A DNA stretch of 64,000 nt, from positions 1-64,000 of the IMG/VR virus record IMGVR_UViG_3300043499_000238; one strand, written 5' to 3'. The translations under genes and the position numbers were made by a program. The notes beneath the pieces are model-generated. The model made no database searches and was not told the DNA's origin. It saw only the letters and a program-made list of their open reading frames with translations. This DNA is from a virus. This document shows, one piece after another, positions 9,847 through 18,920 of this stretch. How positions within the stretch are numbered: the stretch's first letter is position 1; every line of letters begins with the position of its first letter.

Positions 9847-10217
9847 GCGCCGCCACCAAGCGGACGTTCCTGAACCGTGCCTTCCACCCCGACGGGTGCC
9901 ACGCCTGCGCCGTGAGTGGGATGGTCAACGCCTCGGACGAGGTGCTCCACGCTGAGTTCGTGTCGACGCAGCGCTCACTCGACACCGTGTCCGACGACGT
10001 GGTGCAGCGAGCCATCGAGCGCGCCTCGTGGATGGTCGACGTGCTCGTGCGTGGTGAGTGTCCGATCGACATGGAGTCGGCGATCGGCGAGGGCGAGGGA
10101 GTGTGTGCCGACTGCGGCTCGCCGTGTGCCGTGCTCACTCTGCACGAGCTGCTCGTGAAGTTCTACCTCGCCATGCGCCTCGAAGAGGAGGATGCTCGTG
10201 GGCAACTGGTTCGCTGA
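9843..10217 (+). CDS. Hypothetical protein
   Basis: ATGA overlap with polA; CxxC motifs. Confidence 0.6.
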   Translation: MSAATKRTFLNRAFHPDGCHACAVSGMVNASDEVLHAEFVSTQRSLDTVSDDVVQRAIERASWMVDVLVRGECPIDMESAIGEGEGVCADCGSPCAVLTLHELLVKFYLAMRLEEEDARGQLVR

Positions 10218-10632
10218 CCGTCTCGGTCCACCTCCTGCCCCTGTGGTAGCTCGGTTCCAACCCGGTCAGCCGTGGCCGCCACAGGGGCAGTACCAACCGC
10301 AGCAACAGGCACTGCTACCGCAGCAGCAACCAATGGTGCCACAGCAGCAGGCGTTCGACCCGAGCACCGTGCAGATCGACAACCTCGATCAGCTCCTCGC
10401 ATTGAAGGACGCCTGGCAGGGCACCGCCGAGGAGAAGCGCAACACCGATCTCTGTCCGAAGTGCGGTGGCCCGTTGCAGATGTTCACGCAGATCTCTGCA
10501 CCCAAGATCATGAACCGTAACGGTGTGAGTTGCCGACCGATGGAGCGCTGTCACTACTGCGGCTACAACGGTCACTTCGAGCAGCTCGGACAGCAGGCGA
10601 CAGACTCCGGTGTCGCCATCCGAGCCATCTGA
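10192..10632 (+). CDS. Zn-ribbon protein upstream of RecA
   Basis: NWFADRLG N-terminus, Q/P-rich linker, CPKC...CHYCG. Confidence 0.7.
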   Translation: MLVGNWFADRLGPPPAPVVARFQPGQPWPPQGQYQPQQQALLPQQQPMVPQQQAFDPSTVQIDNLDQLLALKDAWQGTAEEKRNTDLCPKCGGPLQMFTQISAPKIMNRNGVSCRPMERCHYCGYNGHFEQLGQQATDSGVAIRAI

Positions 10633-11696
10633 TGCCAGCCAAGGCGGCGGCGCACCAGTCACTCGATGAGGTGATGCGCGACATCACCAAGGCGTTCGGT
10701 GAGGACGTGGTCGTGCTCGGCAGCCAGATGCGCGGTCGCACGATCAAGCGCATGACCACGGGCGTGCTGAGCTACGACACCGCACTCGGTGGCGGTTGGC
10801 CCATCGGCTCGTGGTCCGAGATCATCGGCAACGAGAGCCACGGCAAGTCACTGCTCGCACAGTCGACGGTGATCGCCAACCAACGTCGCGACCCCAAGCA
10901 CAAGACGTTGTGGATCGCAGGCGAGCCGGTGAACTTCGAGTGGTGCGAGCTGCTCGGCATGGATCTCGACCGTGTGCAGTTCGTGCCCGGCAACAACATG
11001 GAGCAGGCGTACGACGTGTCGCTGCGCTTCATGACCAACCGTCTCGTGGACCTCGTCATCATCGACTCGATCCCCGCCCTGATACCCACGAGTGAGGACG
11101 ACCGCGAGTTCGAGGAGTTGACCATCGGCAAGGCGGCGATGCTCAACAACAAGTACTTCGTGCGCAAGGCCACGACGGCAATGAAGCGGAGCTACACCAA
11201 GGTCGACCGCCCGGTCACCGGTCTCGCCATCAACCAGTGGCGCGAGCGCATCGGTGGCATGGGTGACCCGCGCATCGCACCGGGAGGCAAGGGCAAGAAC
11301 TTCGCCTTCTACATCCGTGTCGAGATGACCCGTACCGAGTGGATCAAGGAAGGCTCACGCTCGGTGGGTGGTCGCTTCCGACTGCGCACGATCAAGAACA
11401 AGACGGCGCCGGTCAACCGAGGGGCCGAGGTCAACTTCTACTTCGATGATGCCACGGGCTTCCCCAAGGGGACGTTCGACCACGCCGAGGACATCGTGAT
11501 GACGGCGCTGTACTACGACCTGCTCGGCGTCGGTGGCGGCGGCTACTACGTGTTCGGTGACCATCGCTGGCGAGGCAAGGACAAGGTGCTGGCGTCAGTA
11601 CGTGAAGATCTCGACCTGCGCGCCGAGCTGAGCGCAGCGGTGATGCACATCGTCAACCCACCGCCCGCCAAGATCAAGCTGGTGCGCAAGAAGTGA
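10632..11696 (+). CDS. recA: RecA-like recombinase
   Basis: ALGGGWP.G..SEIIGNESHGKS, IIDSI, INQWRERIG, PGGKG..F, KNKTAP. Confidence 0.95.
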   Translation: MPAKAAAHQSLDEVMRDITKAFGEDVVVLGSQMRGRTIKRMTTGVLSYDTALGGGWPIGSWSEIIGNESHGKSLLAQSTVIANQRRDPKHKTLWIAGEPVNFEWCELLGMDLDRVQFVPGNNMEQAYDVSLRFMTNRLVDLVIIDSIPALIPTSEDDREFEELTIGKAAMLNNKYFVRKATTAMKRSYTKVDRPVTGLAINQWRERIGGMGDPRIAPGGKGKNFAFYIRVEMTRTEWIKEGSRSVGGRFRLRTIKNKTAPVNRGAEVNFYFDDATGFPKGTFDHAEDIVMTALYYDLLGVGGGGYYVFGDHRWRGKDKVLASVREDLDLRAELSAAVMHIVNPPPAKIKLVRKK

Positions 11697-11992
11697 AGAG
11701 CTGGGACCGCCAGGAGGAGCGCACCGCCAAGCGTTACCGCGGGTCACGCTCACCCGGCTCGGGCAACGGTCACTCCCGCAAGAACGACGTGCGCAACGAG
11801 CACCTGCTCATCGAGAACAAGACCACCGACAACACCAAGTCGATCCGCCTCCTGGTTGAAGACCTGGAATCGTTGCGACGGCACGCTACTGTCGAAGGCC
11901 GTGTTCCAGTACTCCAGTTCGACCTGGCCGGGCGGAGCTACGTAGTCCTCCATGAAGGGGACTTCTACGCCCGTCTCGGAGGGGACGAGTGA
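11693..11992 (+). CDS. PD-(D/E)xK nuclease, Holliday junction resolvase-like
   Basis: GSG..KNDV...LIENKT..KS motif. Confidence 0.7.
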   Translation: MKSWDRQEERTAKRYRGSRSPGSGNGHSRKNDVRNEHLLIENKTTDNTKSIRLLVEDLESLRRHATVEGRVPVLQFDLAGRSYVVLHEGDFYARLGGDE

Positions 11993-12380
11993 ACCACCGA
12001 TCCGCCGCGGTCACGTCGACCTCTCGTCGTGGGCGTACTTCCTCAGCGACCCCATCGATCGCATCCGCACCGACTGGTGGATGGCGTACGGCAAGTGCTT
12101 CCGAGACAGTGCGACGACCGAGTACTTCGTACCCGACGACCTATCGGTGCGTGAGGCGCGACGTCGCACAGCGATCGCCAAGTCGATCTGCAACGGCAAG
12201 GACGGGCTGCCGCCATGCCAGGTGAAGGGAATCTGCGCCTCGTACGCAATCCACAACGAGATATGGGAAGGGGTGTGGGGCGGCATGAGCAAGCGCGAGC
12301 GAAGGCTGGCGCTAAGGCAGCAGCACGTCTTGGTGGCGGCGGTACACGTATCGTTTCGTCGTCCAAGTCGCGTTGGTTGA
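11952..12380 (+). CDS. whiB: WhiB-family Fe-S transcription factor (true start may be downstream)
   Basis: W...GKC...AKSIC...PCQVKGIC..YA...GVWGGMSKRERR. Confidence 0.9.
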   Translation: MKGTSTPVSEGTSEPPIRRGHVDLSSWAYFLSDPIDRIRTDWWMAYGKCFRDSATTEYFVPDDLSVREARRRTAIAKSICNGKDGLPPCQVKGICASYAIHNEIWEGVWGGMSKRERRLALRQQHVLVAAVHVSFRRPSRVG

Positions 12381-13249
12381 CCGACAGCTACCGCAAGACA
12401 CACCCACTCATCGGGGCGCTGCAGCGCCACATCGTCAGCGAGAACACGCGCATCAACGACGTGCGCGACGTGGCGGTGTCGGGCTACATCCACCCGTCGT
12501 CGGCGAGCAAGAGCGACTGGTGTCCGCGCTCCTCGTGGTACGAGATCATGCGCGCCCCGGCACTGCCGCCGGAGAAGGTCGGCCACCGCCTCGCCAACGT
12601 GTTCGCCGAGGGCCACGAGATCCACGACAAGTACCAGCGATGGTTCACGCAGATGGGGATCCTCATCGGCATGTGGGAGTGCCTGGTCTGCGGCTACCAA
12701 CAGTGGGGCAAGGGCATGCAGACCTCGTGCCACTTCTGCCTCGGCGATCGCTTCCGCTACGCCGAGGTGCCGGTCGAGGACGAAGACCTGATGATCCGCG
12801 GGGCGGGCGACGGCATCGTTGACTTCGATGAGCGCAAGAGCCTGATCGAGATCAAGAGCATCGGGCTGCGCTCGATCGAGTTGGACTACCCCAAGCTGTA
12901 CCGCCCGTACAAGGAGGGCCAGCTCGATCTCAACGGGCTGTGGGCCTCGGTCAAGGAGCCGTTCCCGTGGCACATCCGCCAGGCAACGTTGTATCTCCAC
13001 ATCCTCCGCCAGACCTGGTCCGACATCAACGACATCATCTTCATCTACGAGTTCAAGGGCAACCAGGACGTCAAGGCGTTCACGATCGGCTACCGACCCG
13101 AGGCCATCGAGAGCATCCTCGTCGGCGCTCGCGCCATCGCCGACGCCGTCGATCGACAGCGACCGGTGCGCCGCCCGCCGTGGGCCGACGAGCCGACGAA
13201 CAAGGTGTGCAAGGTCTGCCCGTACCGAGCGACGTGCTGGGCCGCATGA
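12377..13249 (+). CDS. Cas4-like PD-(D/E)xK exonuclease
   Basis: HPS..WCPR, DG...IEIKS, QATLY, C-terminal CKVCPYRATC; TTG start overlaps the WhiB stop. Confidence 0.85.
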   Translation: MTDSYRKTHPLIGALQRHIVSENTRINDVRDVAVSGYIHPSSASKSDWCPRSSWYEIMRAPALPPEKVGHRLANVFAEGHEIHDKYQRWFTQMGILIGMWECLVCGYQQWGKGMQTSCHFCLGDRFRYAEVPVEDEDLMIRGAGDGIVDFDERKSLIEIKSIGLRSIELDYPKLYRPYKEGQLDLNGLWASVKEPFPWHIRQATLYLHILRQTWSDINDIIFIYEFKGNQDVKAFTIGYRPEAIESILVGARAIADAVDRQRPVRRPPWADEPTNKVCKVCPYRATCWAA

Positions 13250-13695
13250 GACTCGTGCCCAACCCCAAGACACTCGACGGGTTCAGCGACCCGCGCCAGC
13301 CGAACGTGCCGATCCCCGACATGGTGATCGACGTCGGCGACATGCACGACGACGAGCTGATGGAGCTGTTCAACACCTTCACTGCGTGGGCTGACTTCCT
13401 CGCCGTCGAGTCGGTCAAGGCCAACCTCGTTGAGGAGGAGTACGAGGACAAGATGCTGGAGTTGAAGAGCGAGCACATCGCCTTCGGCGACAGCCTCTAC
13501 CGTGACCGTGCTGCGGCGGAGATCACGCCCGGCATGCACGAGCTACGGTTGCGACTACGGACCTTCAAGAACGTACGGAAGCTACTGGAAGCGAAGTTCA
13601 CCAACTGTGATCGCAACGCCAAGGCGCTCTCTCGTGAGCTGACACGGCGCACCACGATCGCGGAAGGGAACAGGGGGAGACGGTATGGGCCATGA
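13246..13695 (+). CDS. Hypothetical helical protein
   Basis: ATGA overlap; ends ...LSRELTRR. Confidence 0.7.
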   Translation: MRLVPNPKTLDGFSDPRQPNVPIPDMVIDVGDMHDDELMELFNTFTAWADFLAVESVKANLVEEEYEDKMLELKSEHIAFGDSLYRDRAAAEITPGMHELRLRLRTFKNVRKLLEAKFTNCDRNAKALSRELTRRTTIAEGNRGRRYGP

Positions 13696-13937
13696 AACGT
13701 TGCTACGCCTGCGGCCGAGAGGATGCCGACACGCGCCCGTTGGGTGAGCGTGGTCAGGACGTCTGTCTCACATGCCTGGGTCAACCAGCGATACGAGCGA
13801 CCGCCGCCGCTCTCCTCACATCATCGATCAACGCTGCGTACATCGCATCGTCGTCAGGGATGGTCACCATCGACGGCGAGGAGGTGCGGCCGATGACACC
13901 GGATGATGTGTGGATCGTGCCGCAAAGCAACTCTTGA
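13692..13937 (+). CDS. Small zinc-finger protein
   Basis: CYAC...RPLG..G..VCLTC. Confidence 0.6.
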   Translation: MKRCYACGREDADTRPLGERGQDVCLTCLGQPAIRATAAALLTSSINAAYIASSSGMVTIDGEEVRPMTPDDVWIVPQSNS

Positions 13938-14329
13938 CCAACAAGCCTCGGCGCGATGGCACCGACGCCGAGACCAAGGTTCAACGTTGGTTGATCAAGC
14001 GTGGCTATCGCTACGCCAAGAAGCTCCGCCAAGAGGGAGCGCTCGACGTCGGCGACGTGCACATGGGCGACGGGTACCCGGTGTGCATCGAGGTGAAGGG
14101 TGGCCAAGGTGCGGTCACCCACATCTCGACGCACGTCAACGAGACCATCGCCGAGATCGCCAACAGCCACGCTGAGACGGGCGTGGCGATCATCAAGAAG
14201 GCGCGCAGCGCCAACGTCGATGACTGGTACGCCGTGATGCCAGCGAGCGTGTGGCTGGAGTTGATCGCACGTCTCTACCCGCCGCCGCCCAGTACCAAGG
14301 TGAAGCTCCGCTCGAACCGACGCCACTGA
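13910..14329 (+). CDS. Holliday junction resolvase (Hjc-like)
   Basis: GTDAE..V...L...GY...G.LDVGD...IEVK. Confidence 0.8.
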   Translation: MDRAAKQLLTNKPRRDGTDAETKVQRWLIKRGYRYAKKLRQEGALDVGDVHMGDGYPVCIEVKGGQGAVTHISTHVNETIAEIANSHAETGVAIIKKARSANVDDWYAVMPASVWLELIARLYPPPPSTKVKLRSNRRH

Positions 14330-14342
14330 CTACTGTTGGAGC

Positions 14343-14642
14343 GTGGCAACCGCAGTGATGATGGGGTTCGACGCTGACCACCACACCCTTGACGACAAGG
14401 GCTGGGTGGTGAGCTACGACGACGGCACCGGCACCAAGGTCACGACGTACTACGACTCGCTGACGTTGGCCGCAGCAGCGGTGCAGAACATCTTCACTGC
14501 CGACGTCTCGATCGACAACGTGCTGCGCGCCCAGGTGACCACGACGTTCATCGGCTCGGGCGGCAACCCCGCCACCATCAACACCAACCTGACGGCCAAG
14601 CGCACCGCCGAGGGTCTCGACCCAACCACCACCCCGGTGTAG
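14343..14642 (+). CDS. Hypothetical Thr-rich protein (possible virion protein)
   Basis: Leaderless: TACTGT-6nt-GTG. Confidence 0.7.
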   Translation: MATAVMMGFDADHHTLDDKGWVVSYDDGTGTKVTTYYDSLTLAAAAVQNIFTADVSIDNVLRAQVTTTFIGSGGNPATINTNLTAKRTAEGLDPTTTPV

Positions 14643-14664
14643 CGCCCACAACTACGCTGGGATC

Positions 14665-14934
14665 ATGGCGATCCGCTCGCGTCTCGACTACTACGCCGCC
14701 AGCGCAGACCCCAGTCGGGCCACGCTCGGTTCGGACGATCCGAACGCCAACCCGGTGCAGCAGGGCGTGTTCCGCTCGCGCCGCTCGATCGATGAGATGC
14801 GCCGCCGCCCCGAGGCGCTGCGCACCGGCTACGGCAACATCCGAGTCGTCGGTGCGGGCCAGCCCTACCAGTCGGGGATGGGCAAGCCGTTGATCGAGCG
14901 TGAGGACGTCGTCACCCGCGAAGACGGTTCGTGA
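14665..14934 (+). CDS. Hypothetical protein
   Basis: Leaderless: TACGCT-6nt-ATG. Confidence 0.65.
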   Translation: MAIRSRLDYYAASADPSRATLGSDDPNANPVQQGVFRSRRSIDEMRRRPEALRTGYGNIRVVGAGQPYQSGMGKPLIEREDVVTREDGS

Positions 14935-15449
14935 TGCCTGGGCCACACACGGCTCCGCAGACCGTCAACAACTGGTTCAGCATGCAGGAGGTCGCGCTCG
15001 GCCTCGGCGTGTACGGGCCTGGGCCGAACCCGCAGTTCCGTGATGCGCTCGACGCAGCTCGGCTGAACTGGAGGCAGACGCCAGAGGGGTCGTACCCCGA
15101 CGGGTACCTCGGCACGGTCGGCGGGCGCCGCGGCGACAAGCTGCGCAACGCCGTGTGGCGCAACCAGCGACCGTACGATCGCGGGGTCCACAAGGACACC
15201 CGTCTCGACATGAGCGACTACCTCTGGCCGGAGGAGTTCAACCTGATGAGCGGGGTGGTCAACGAGCTGACCGGGCTGCGCTACGTGTCGCCAGCGATCG
15301 CCATCGGCCCGCTGCAGCTCACGAATCGCGGCAAGCCCAACACCCGGGACTACAACAACATGACCGGGCGCCCCGACACCGGCACGCCCATCCAGGTCGA
15401 CCCCGGACAGCAGGCCGCCAAGCGCAGGATGCTGCCGCGGTGGAGCTGA
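14931..15449 (+). CDS. Conserved phage hypothetical protein
   Basis: YPDGYLGT...RGVHK..R....Y.WP motifs. Confidence 0.7.
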   Translation: MMPGPHTAPQTVNNWFSMQEVALGLGVYGPGPNPQFRDALDAARLNWRQTPEGSYPDGYLGTVGGRRGDKLRNAVWRNQRPYDRGVHKDTRLDMSDYLWPEEFNLMSGVVNELTGLRYVSPAIAIGPLQLTNRGKPNTRDYNNMTGRPDTGTPIQVDPGQQAAKRRMLPRWS

Positions 15450-16333
15450 GCAAGCAGTTCGTCACGGCGCCGCGCGGCACGCCTGGTCACCCCCAGCTCT
15501 TCGGCATGGAGGACGAGCCAGCGCGCATGACCGAGTGGCCCGACGTCGGCCGCCAGATGCGCCCCGTGCACGACAAGGTGGGCCAGCCACGAGCCATCAC
15601 GCCGGTCGACGTCGAGGGCGTCGGCAAGGTGCACCCGTTCGTCGGCGGCTACCACCACACCGAGGAGCGCCAGCTCCGCATGCTGATGTCGGCTCGGGAG
15701 ATCCAAGAGCAGTACGCACCGGCCGAGGGCGACCGCATGTACAAGGGCACCGACTACGCCTCCAACCTGGGTGGCCCTCAGCCGCCCGGGCGTGCCGACC
15801 CACGGGCCGGGGAGATCACCGACCGGCGTGCGACGACCGACTTCCGCATGAACGAGCGCTGGGGCCACCCAGTGACCGGTGAGCGGTACTTCAAGCGCAC
15901 CATGGAGCCGATCAGGCCGCCGATCGAGACCAACAACGAGATGTGGCAGCGCAAGGCCCAGGAGGCCGCTGAGACGCCTGAGGAGGGCCACGCACGCCTC
16001 GGGCGGGTCTACGCCGCCAACGGCCTCGCCACGCCCACACAGCTCGCCAAGTACGCCACGGTGCCACCGCGGCACAAGACGTCGCTGATCGAGCACCTGC
16101 AGAGCGGTGCCGACCCCGGCGTGATCCCGCTCGGTGTCCGCTCCAACCCGCTCAGCTCCAACCGCAAGCCGATGGTCGCCGGAGGCCAGCACCGGATCGC
16201 AGCACTGGGTGAGATCGATCCTGACCGCCTCGTACCGGTGGAGCACTGGCGCGACACGCACGACGCCAAGTTCGAGACCCGCAAGACCAAGAGCGGCCGC
16301 ACGGTCTCACTGCCGCGCAAGGGCTACACCTGA
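15440..16333 (+). CDS. ParB/Srx-like domain protein, paralog 1 (starts MELSKQF)
   Basis: QLRMLMSAREI...EMWQRK...GGQHRIAA...DPDRLVPVEH; in-frame GTG at 15440. Confidence 0.7.
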   Translation: MELSKQFVTAPRGTPGHPQLFGMEDEPARMTEWPDVGRQMRPVHDKVGQPRAITPVDVEGVGKVHPFVGGYHHTEERQLRMLMSAREIQEQYAPAEGDRMYKGTDYASNLGGPQPPGRADPRAGEITDRRATTDFRMNERWGHPVTGERYFKRTMEPIRPPIETNNEMWQRKAQEAAETPEEGHARLGRVYAANGLATPTQLAKYATVPPRHKTSLIEHLQSGADPGVIPLGVRSNPLSSNRKPMVAGGQHRIAALGEIDPDRLVPVEHWRDTHDAKFETRKTKSGRTVSLPRKGYT

Positions 16334-16698
16334 TGCCGACGACGTTCTCAGCGGCAGCGAACGCCTCGCTGCTGCGCTCTCAGTACCCGCCGCCCTTCCA
16401 GCTCCAGGGCGAGTACGCCACCGACGAGGTGATCACCCAGGCGCAGATGCCAGCCGACCTGATCCGCATGCGCGCCCCGCAGGTGCCTCAGCAGCTCTTC
16501 CCACCGCGCTACGGCTACGACCGCATCCCGCTGACGATCACCGACGTGCTGCAGACCGACCGGTGGGCGCCGACCTACCGCTCGTGGACGTCGGGGCCGC
16601 GCATCATCCCACCACCGATCGACCCCAACGGACTCAGCGGGGCGCCCGACGGCGGCTTCACCAAGAACGCACTCGTCGGCGGGGTGTACCAGCAGTGA
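16333..16698 (+). CDS. Pro-rich hypothetical protein
   Basis: TGA/ATG overlap; codon usage. Confidence 0.65.
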   Translation: MPTTFSAAANASLLRSQYPPPFQLQGEYATDEVITQAQMPADLIRMRAPQVPQQLFPPRYGYDRIPLTITDVLQTDRWAPTYRSWTSGPRIIPPPIDPNGLSGAPDGGFTKNALVGGVYQQ

Positions 16699-17045
16699 GC
16701 GCAGCCGACCATCTCGGCGAGCAGATGCGACTGTTCATGACGGCGGGCGAGCTGCACGGCACCCACTCGATCGAGATACAGCAGACCCCCGAGTCACGGT
16801 TCGGCATGCCCAGGCGTTCGATGGGCGAGATGTGGGACGTGAAGCGCAGGGAGAACAAGCGCAGCGGGTTGAAGAAGGACGTTGCGGCGCACGGTGTGCA
16901 GCATCCCGTGGAACTGGTCTCCGGTCAGGATGTCGAGGGGACTGTCATCTACACCGGGCACCACCGAGTACAAGCCGCCTTCGAGCACAACCCCGAGTCG
17001 TACGTTCCCGTGGAGCACCACGATCTCGACAAGCGGGGCTTCTAG
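16695..17045 (+). CDS. ParB/Srx-like domain protein, paralog 2 (starts MSAADHLGEQ)
   Basis: HGVQHPV...TGHHRVQAA...YVPVEH; GTGA overlap. Confidence 0.8.
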   Translation: MSAADHLGEQMRLFMTAGELHGTHSIEIQQTPESRFGMPRRSMGEMWDVKRRENKRSGLKKDVAAHGVQHPVELVSGQDVEGTVIYTGHHRVQAAFEHNPESYVPVEHHDLDKRGF

Positions 17046-17434
17046 TGGCTGCCAGCGATCACCTCAGCGATCGACAGCTCCGCATGTTCATGCAAGCCAA
17101 GGAGCTGCGCTCCATGCCGTCGGCAGAGGTCGGCGACCATCTTCATGAGATCGGCGGGTGGTCTTCCCATGAACAGATGTGGGCGTCCAAGGCCAAGGAC
17201 AACGCTGAGGACGGCCTCGGTGCCAGTGTGGCCAAGCACGGTGTCGAGTACCCGGTGACGATCACTCACCGAGACGAGGGCGAGCCGCAGATCGACTCTG
17301 GTCATCACCGCATCCAGGCCGCCTACGACGCCGACCCCAACAGCTATGTGCCAGTCCGACACACCGACCACTCGCGCCGCAGCTATAGCGAGTCGCCGCA
17401 GCCGGTGACCGCTCGCTTCCCGTCCTACCCGTGA
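17045..17434 (+). CDS. ParB/Srx-like domain protein, paralog 3 (starts MAASDHLSDRQ)
   Basis: HGVEYPV...DSGHHRIQAA...YVPVRH; TAG/GTG overlap. Confidence 0.8.
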   Translation: MAASDHLSDRQLRMFMQAKELRSMPSAEVGDHLHEIGGWSSHEQMWASKAKDNAEDGLGASVAKHGVEYPVTITHRDEGEPQIDSGHHRIQAAYDADPNSYVPVRHTDHSRRSYSESPQPVTARFPSYP

Positions 17435-17462
17435 TGTAGCACCCCAGGAGTACGGTGGAGCC

Positions 17463-17741
17463 ATGGCCATTCCCAGCGACCGGTCGATGAACGACGACAT
17501 GCGCATCGGCGCCGTCGAGGGCCGTGTGCGCTTCCTGCGTCCCAACGCCGTCAACGCCGAGATGGGCGAGGCGCTGACCCGCCAGTCGTGCCTCCAGGGC
17601 GACGCTCCGTTCTACGGCTGGTACGGCAACTTCGGCATCGGCTACGGCGACATCGACAAGATCCGCTGCGCCCTGCCTGGCGCCGTGCACCCGCTCGCTC
17701 CCATCCGTGTCAGCAAGCACGAGGTGGTCGATCCGCTGTGA
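17463..17741 (+). CDS. Conserved phage hypothetical protein
   Basis: Leaderless: TACGGT-6nt-ATG. Confidence 0.7.
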   Translation: MAIPSDRSMNDDMRIGAVEGRVRFLRPNAVNAEMGEALTRQSCLQGDAPFYGWYGNFGIGYGDIDKIRCALPGAVHPLAPIRVSKHEVVDPL

Positions 17742-17947
17742 TCAGAGGCCGCCACCCGCGCTACTCGGGACCGGAGTTCGAGGCGCTGGCGCGCTCGATG
17801 GCGCACCACCCGATGGCCGGGCCACCTGACCCCAAGTGGAACACGGCCAAGCCCAACTTCGAGGGCATCGCCATGAACGACGATCCCGACGCCTACGACG
17901 CAGAGCGTGACCGCCGGTTGGCCGGGGAGATCCCTGAGCGCCGCTGA
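17738..17947 (+). CDS. Hypothetical protein
   Basis: GTGA overlap. Confidence 0.5.
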   Translation: MIRGRHPRYSGPEFEALARSMAHHPMAGPPDPKWNTAKPNFEGIAMNDDPDAYDAERDRRLAGEIPERR

Positions 17948-17964
17948 ACGTTACGCTGCCTCCA

Positions 17965-18474
17965 ATGAGGTTGTGCTACTGCTACCACTGCCACACGCTC
18001 AGCAAGATCGCTGACTACGAGGGCGAGTACCGCGAGGACTCACAGCCCCTCAACGACGTGCTGTTGGAGAACTGGGTGCAGCGCCACATGCACGGCTTCT
18101 CCGAGGAGCAACACCCCGGTGGCCGGGTGTTCGCCTTCGTCGGACGTGACATCGAGGTGCAGGGCGGGCGCTTCGACGGCCGCGGCGTACCGGTGGCCAA
18201 CGAGGTCGAGCACGTTCGCACCGAGCTGGCGCGCGCCGGGCAGGAAGTGTTCGAGTTGAAGGACGAGTTGAAGGAGGACGCCCACAAGTGCTTCCTCCGA
18301 CACAAGCGCCCGACCTACCCCGACCGCAAGTGCATCGACTACCACGACGACTCCAAGTGGCTCGGCCGCAAGGAGCACATCGAGGGCCAGACGCTCGCCG
18401 TGCAGCAGGGCTACCTCTGCAGCTACTGCCCCTACGAGGTGAATGTGTCCGTCACCCGGCGTGGCTACAACTGA
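17965..18474 (+). CDS. Cys/His-rich (Zn-binding) conserved phage protein
   Basis: CYHC...EDAHKCF..H.RP...C.DY...YLCSYCP; TACGCT-7nt-ATG. Confidence 0.75.
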   Translation: MRLCYCYHCHTLSKIADYEGEYREDSQPLNDVLLENWVQRHMHGFSEEQHPGGRVFAFVGRDIEVQGGRFDGRGVPVANEVEHVRTELARAGQEVFELKDELKEDAHKCFLRHKRPTYPDRKCIDYHDDSKWLGRKEHIEGQTLAVQQGYLCSYCPYEVNVSVTRRGYN

Positions 18475-18920
18475 TGTCGGCAGTCATCATCGTCCACGCC
18501 GATGGAGTCTTCTGCGACTCCACGCACGAGGTGCCCAACGTCGAGCCGGACGCCAACGCATTGCGCTGGTTCCACAACATGACCGACGCCTCGCAAGAGC
18601 AAGTGATCGTCACCTGCGAGTCGCCGAACAGCACGGTCGTGGACATCTGGCTCCGTACCTTCGACCTCCGCTACAGCTACGTGCTGTCGCTCAAAGAGAC
18701 CAACGAGCGCCAGCAGGTGTTGGAGATCATGCGCCATCTCGGTGCACAGCAAAGCAAGGCCGTGCTCTACATCGGTCAGCGCTTCAACATCTGCAACCTC
18801 ATCGCTGACTTCGGCGTGCCCGCATTGCGCTACCTACCGCCTACCGGTCGGGAACAATGGGAGGTCGATCCACGCGAGAGTTGGGGGATGGTCGTCGCCC
18901 GACAAGGGGGTGAGAAGTGA
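18474..18920 (+). CDS. HAD-like fold protein (degenerate)
   Basis: IIVHADGVF resembles HAD motif I without the first Asp. Confidence 0.5.
   Translation: MSAVIIVHADGVFCDSTHEVPNVEPDANALRWFHNMTDASQEQVIVTCESPNSTVVDIWLRTFDLRYSYVLSLKETNERQQVLEIMRHLGAQQSKAVLYIGQRFNICNLIADFGVPALRYLPPTGREQWEVDPRESWGMVVARQGGEK

Noticed and set aside
12377-13249. Cas4-like gene as evidence of CRISPR-Cas
   Set aside because: Stand-alone phage exonuclease in a recombination module; no cas1/cas2 or array
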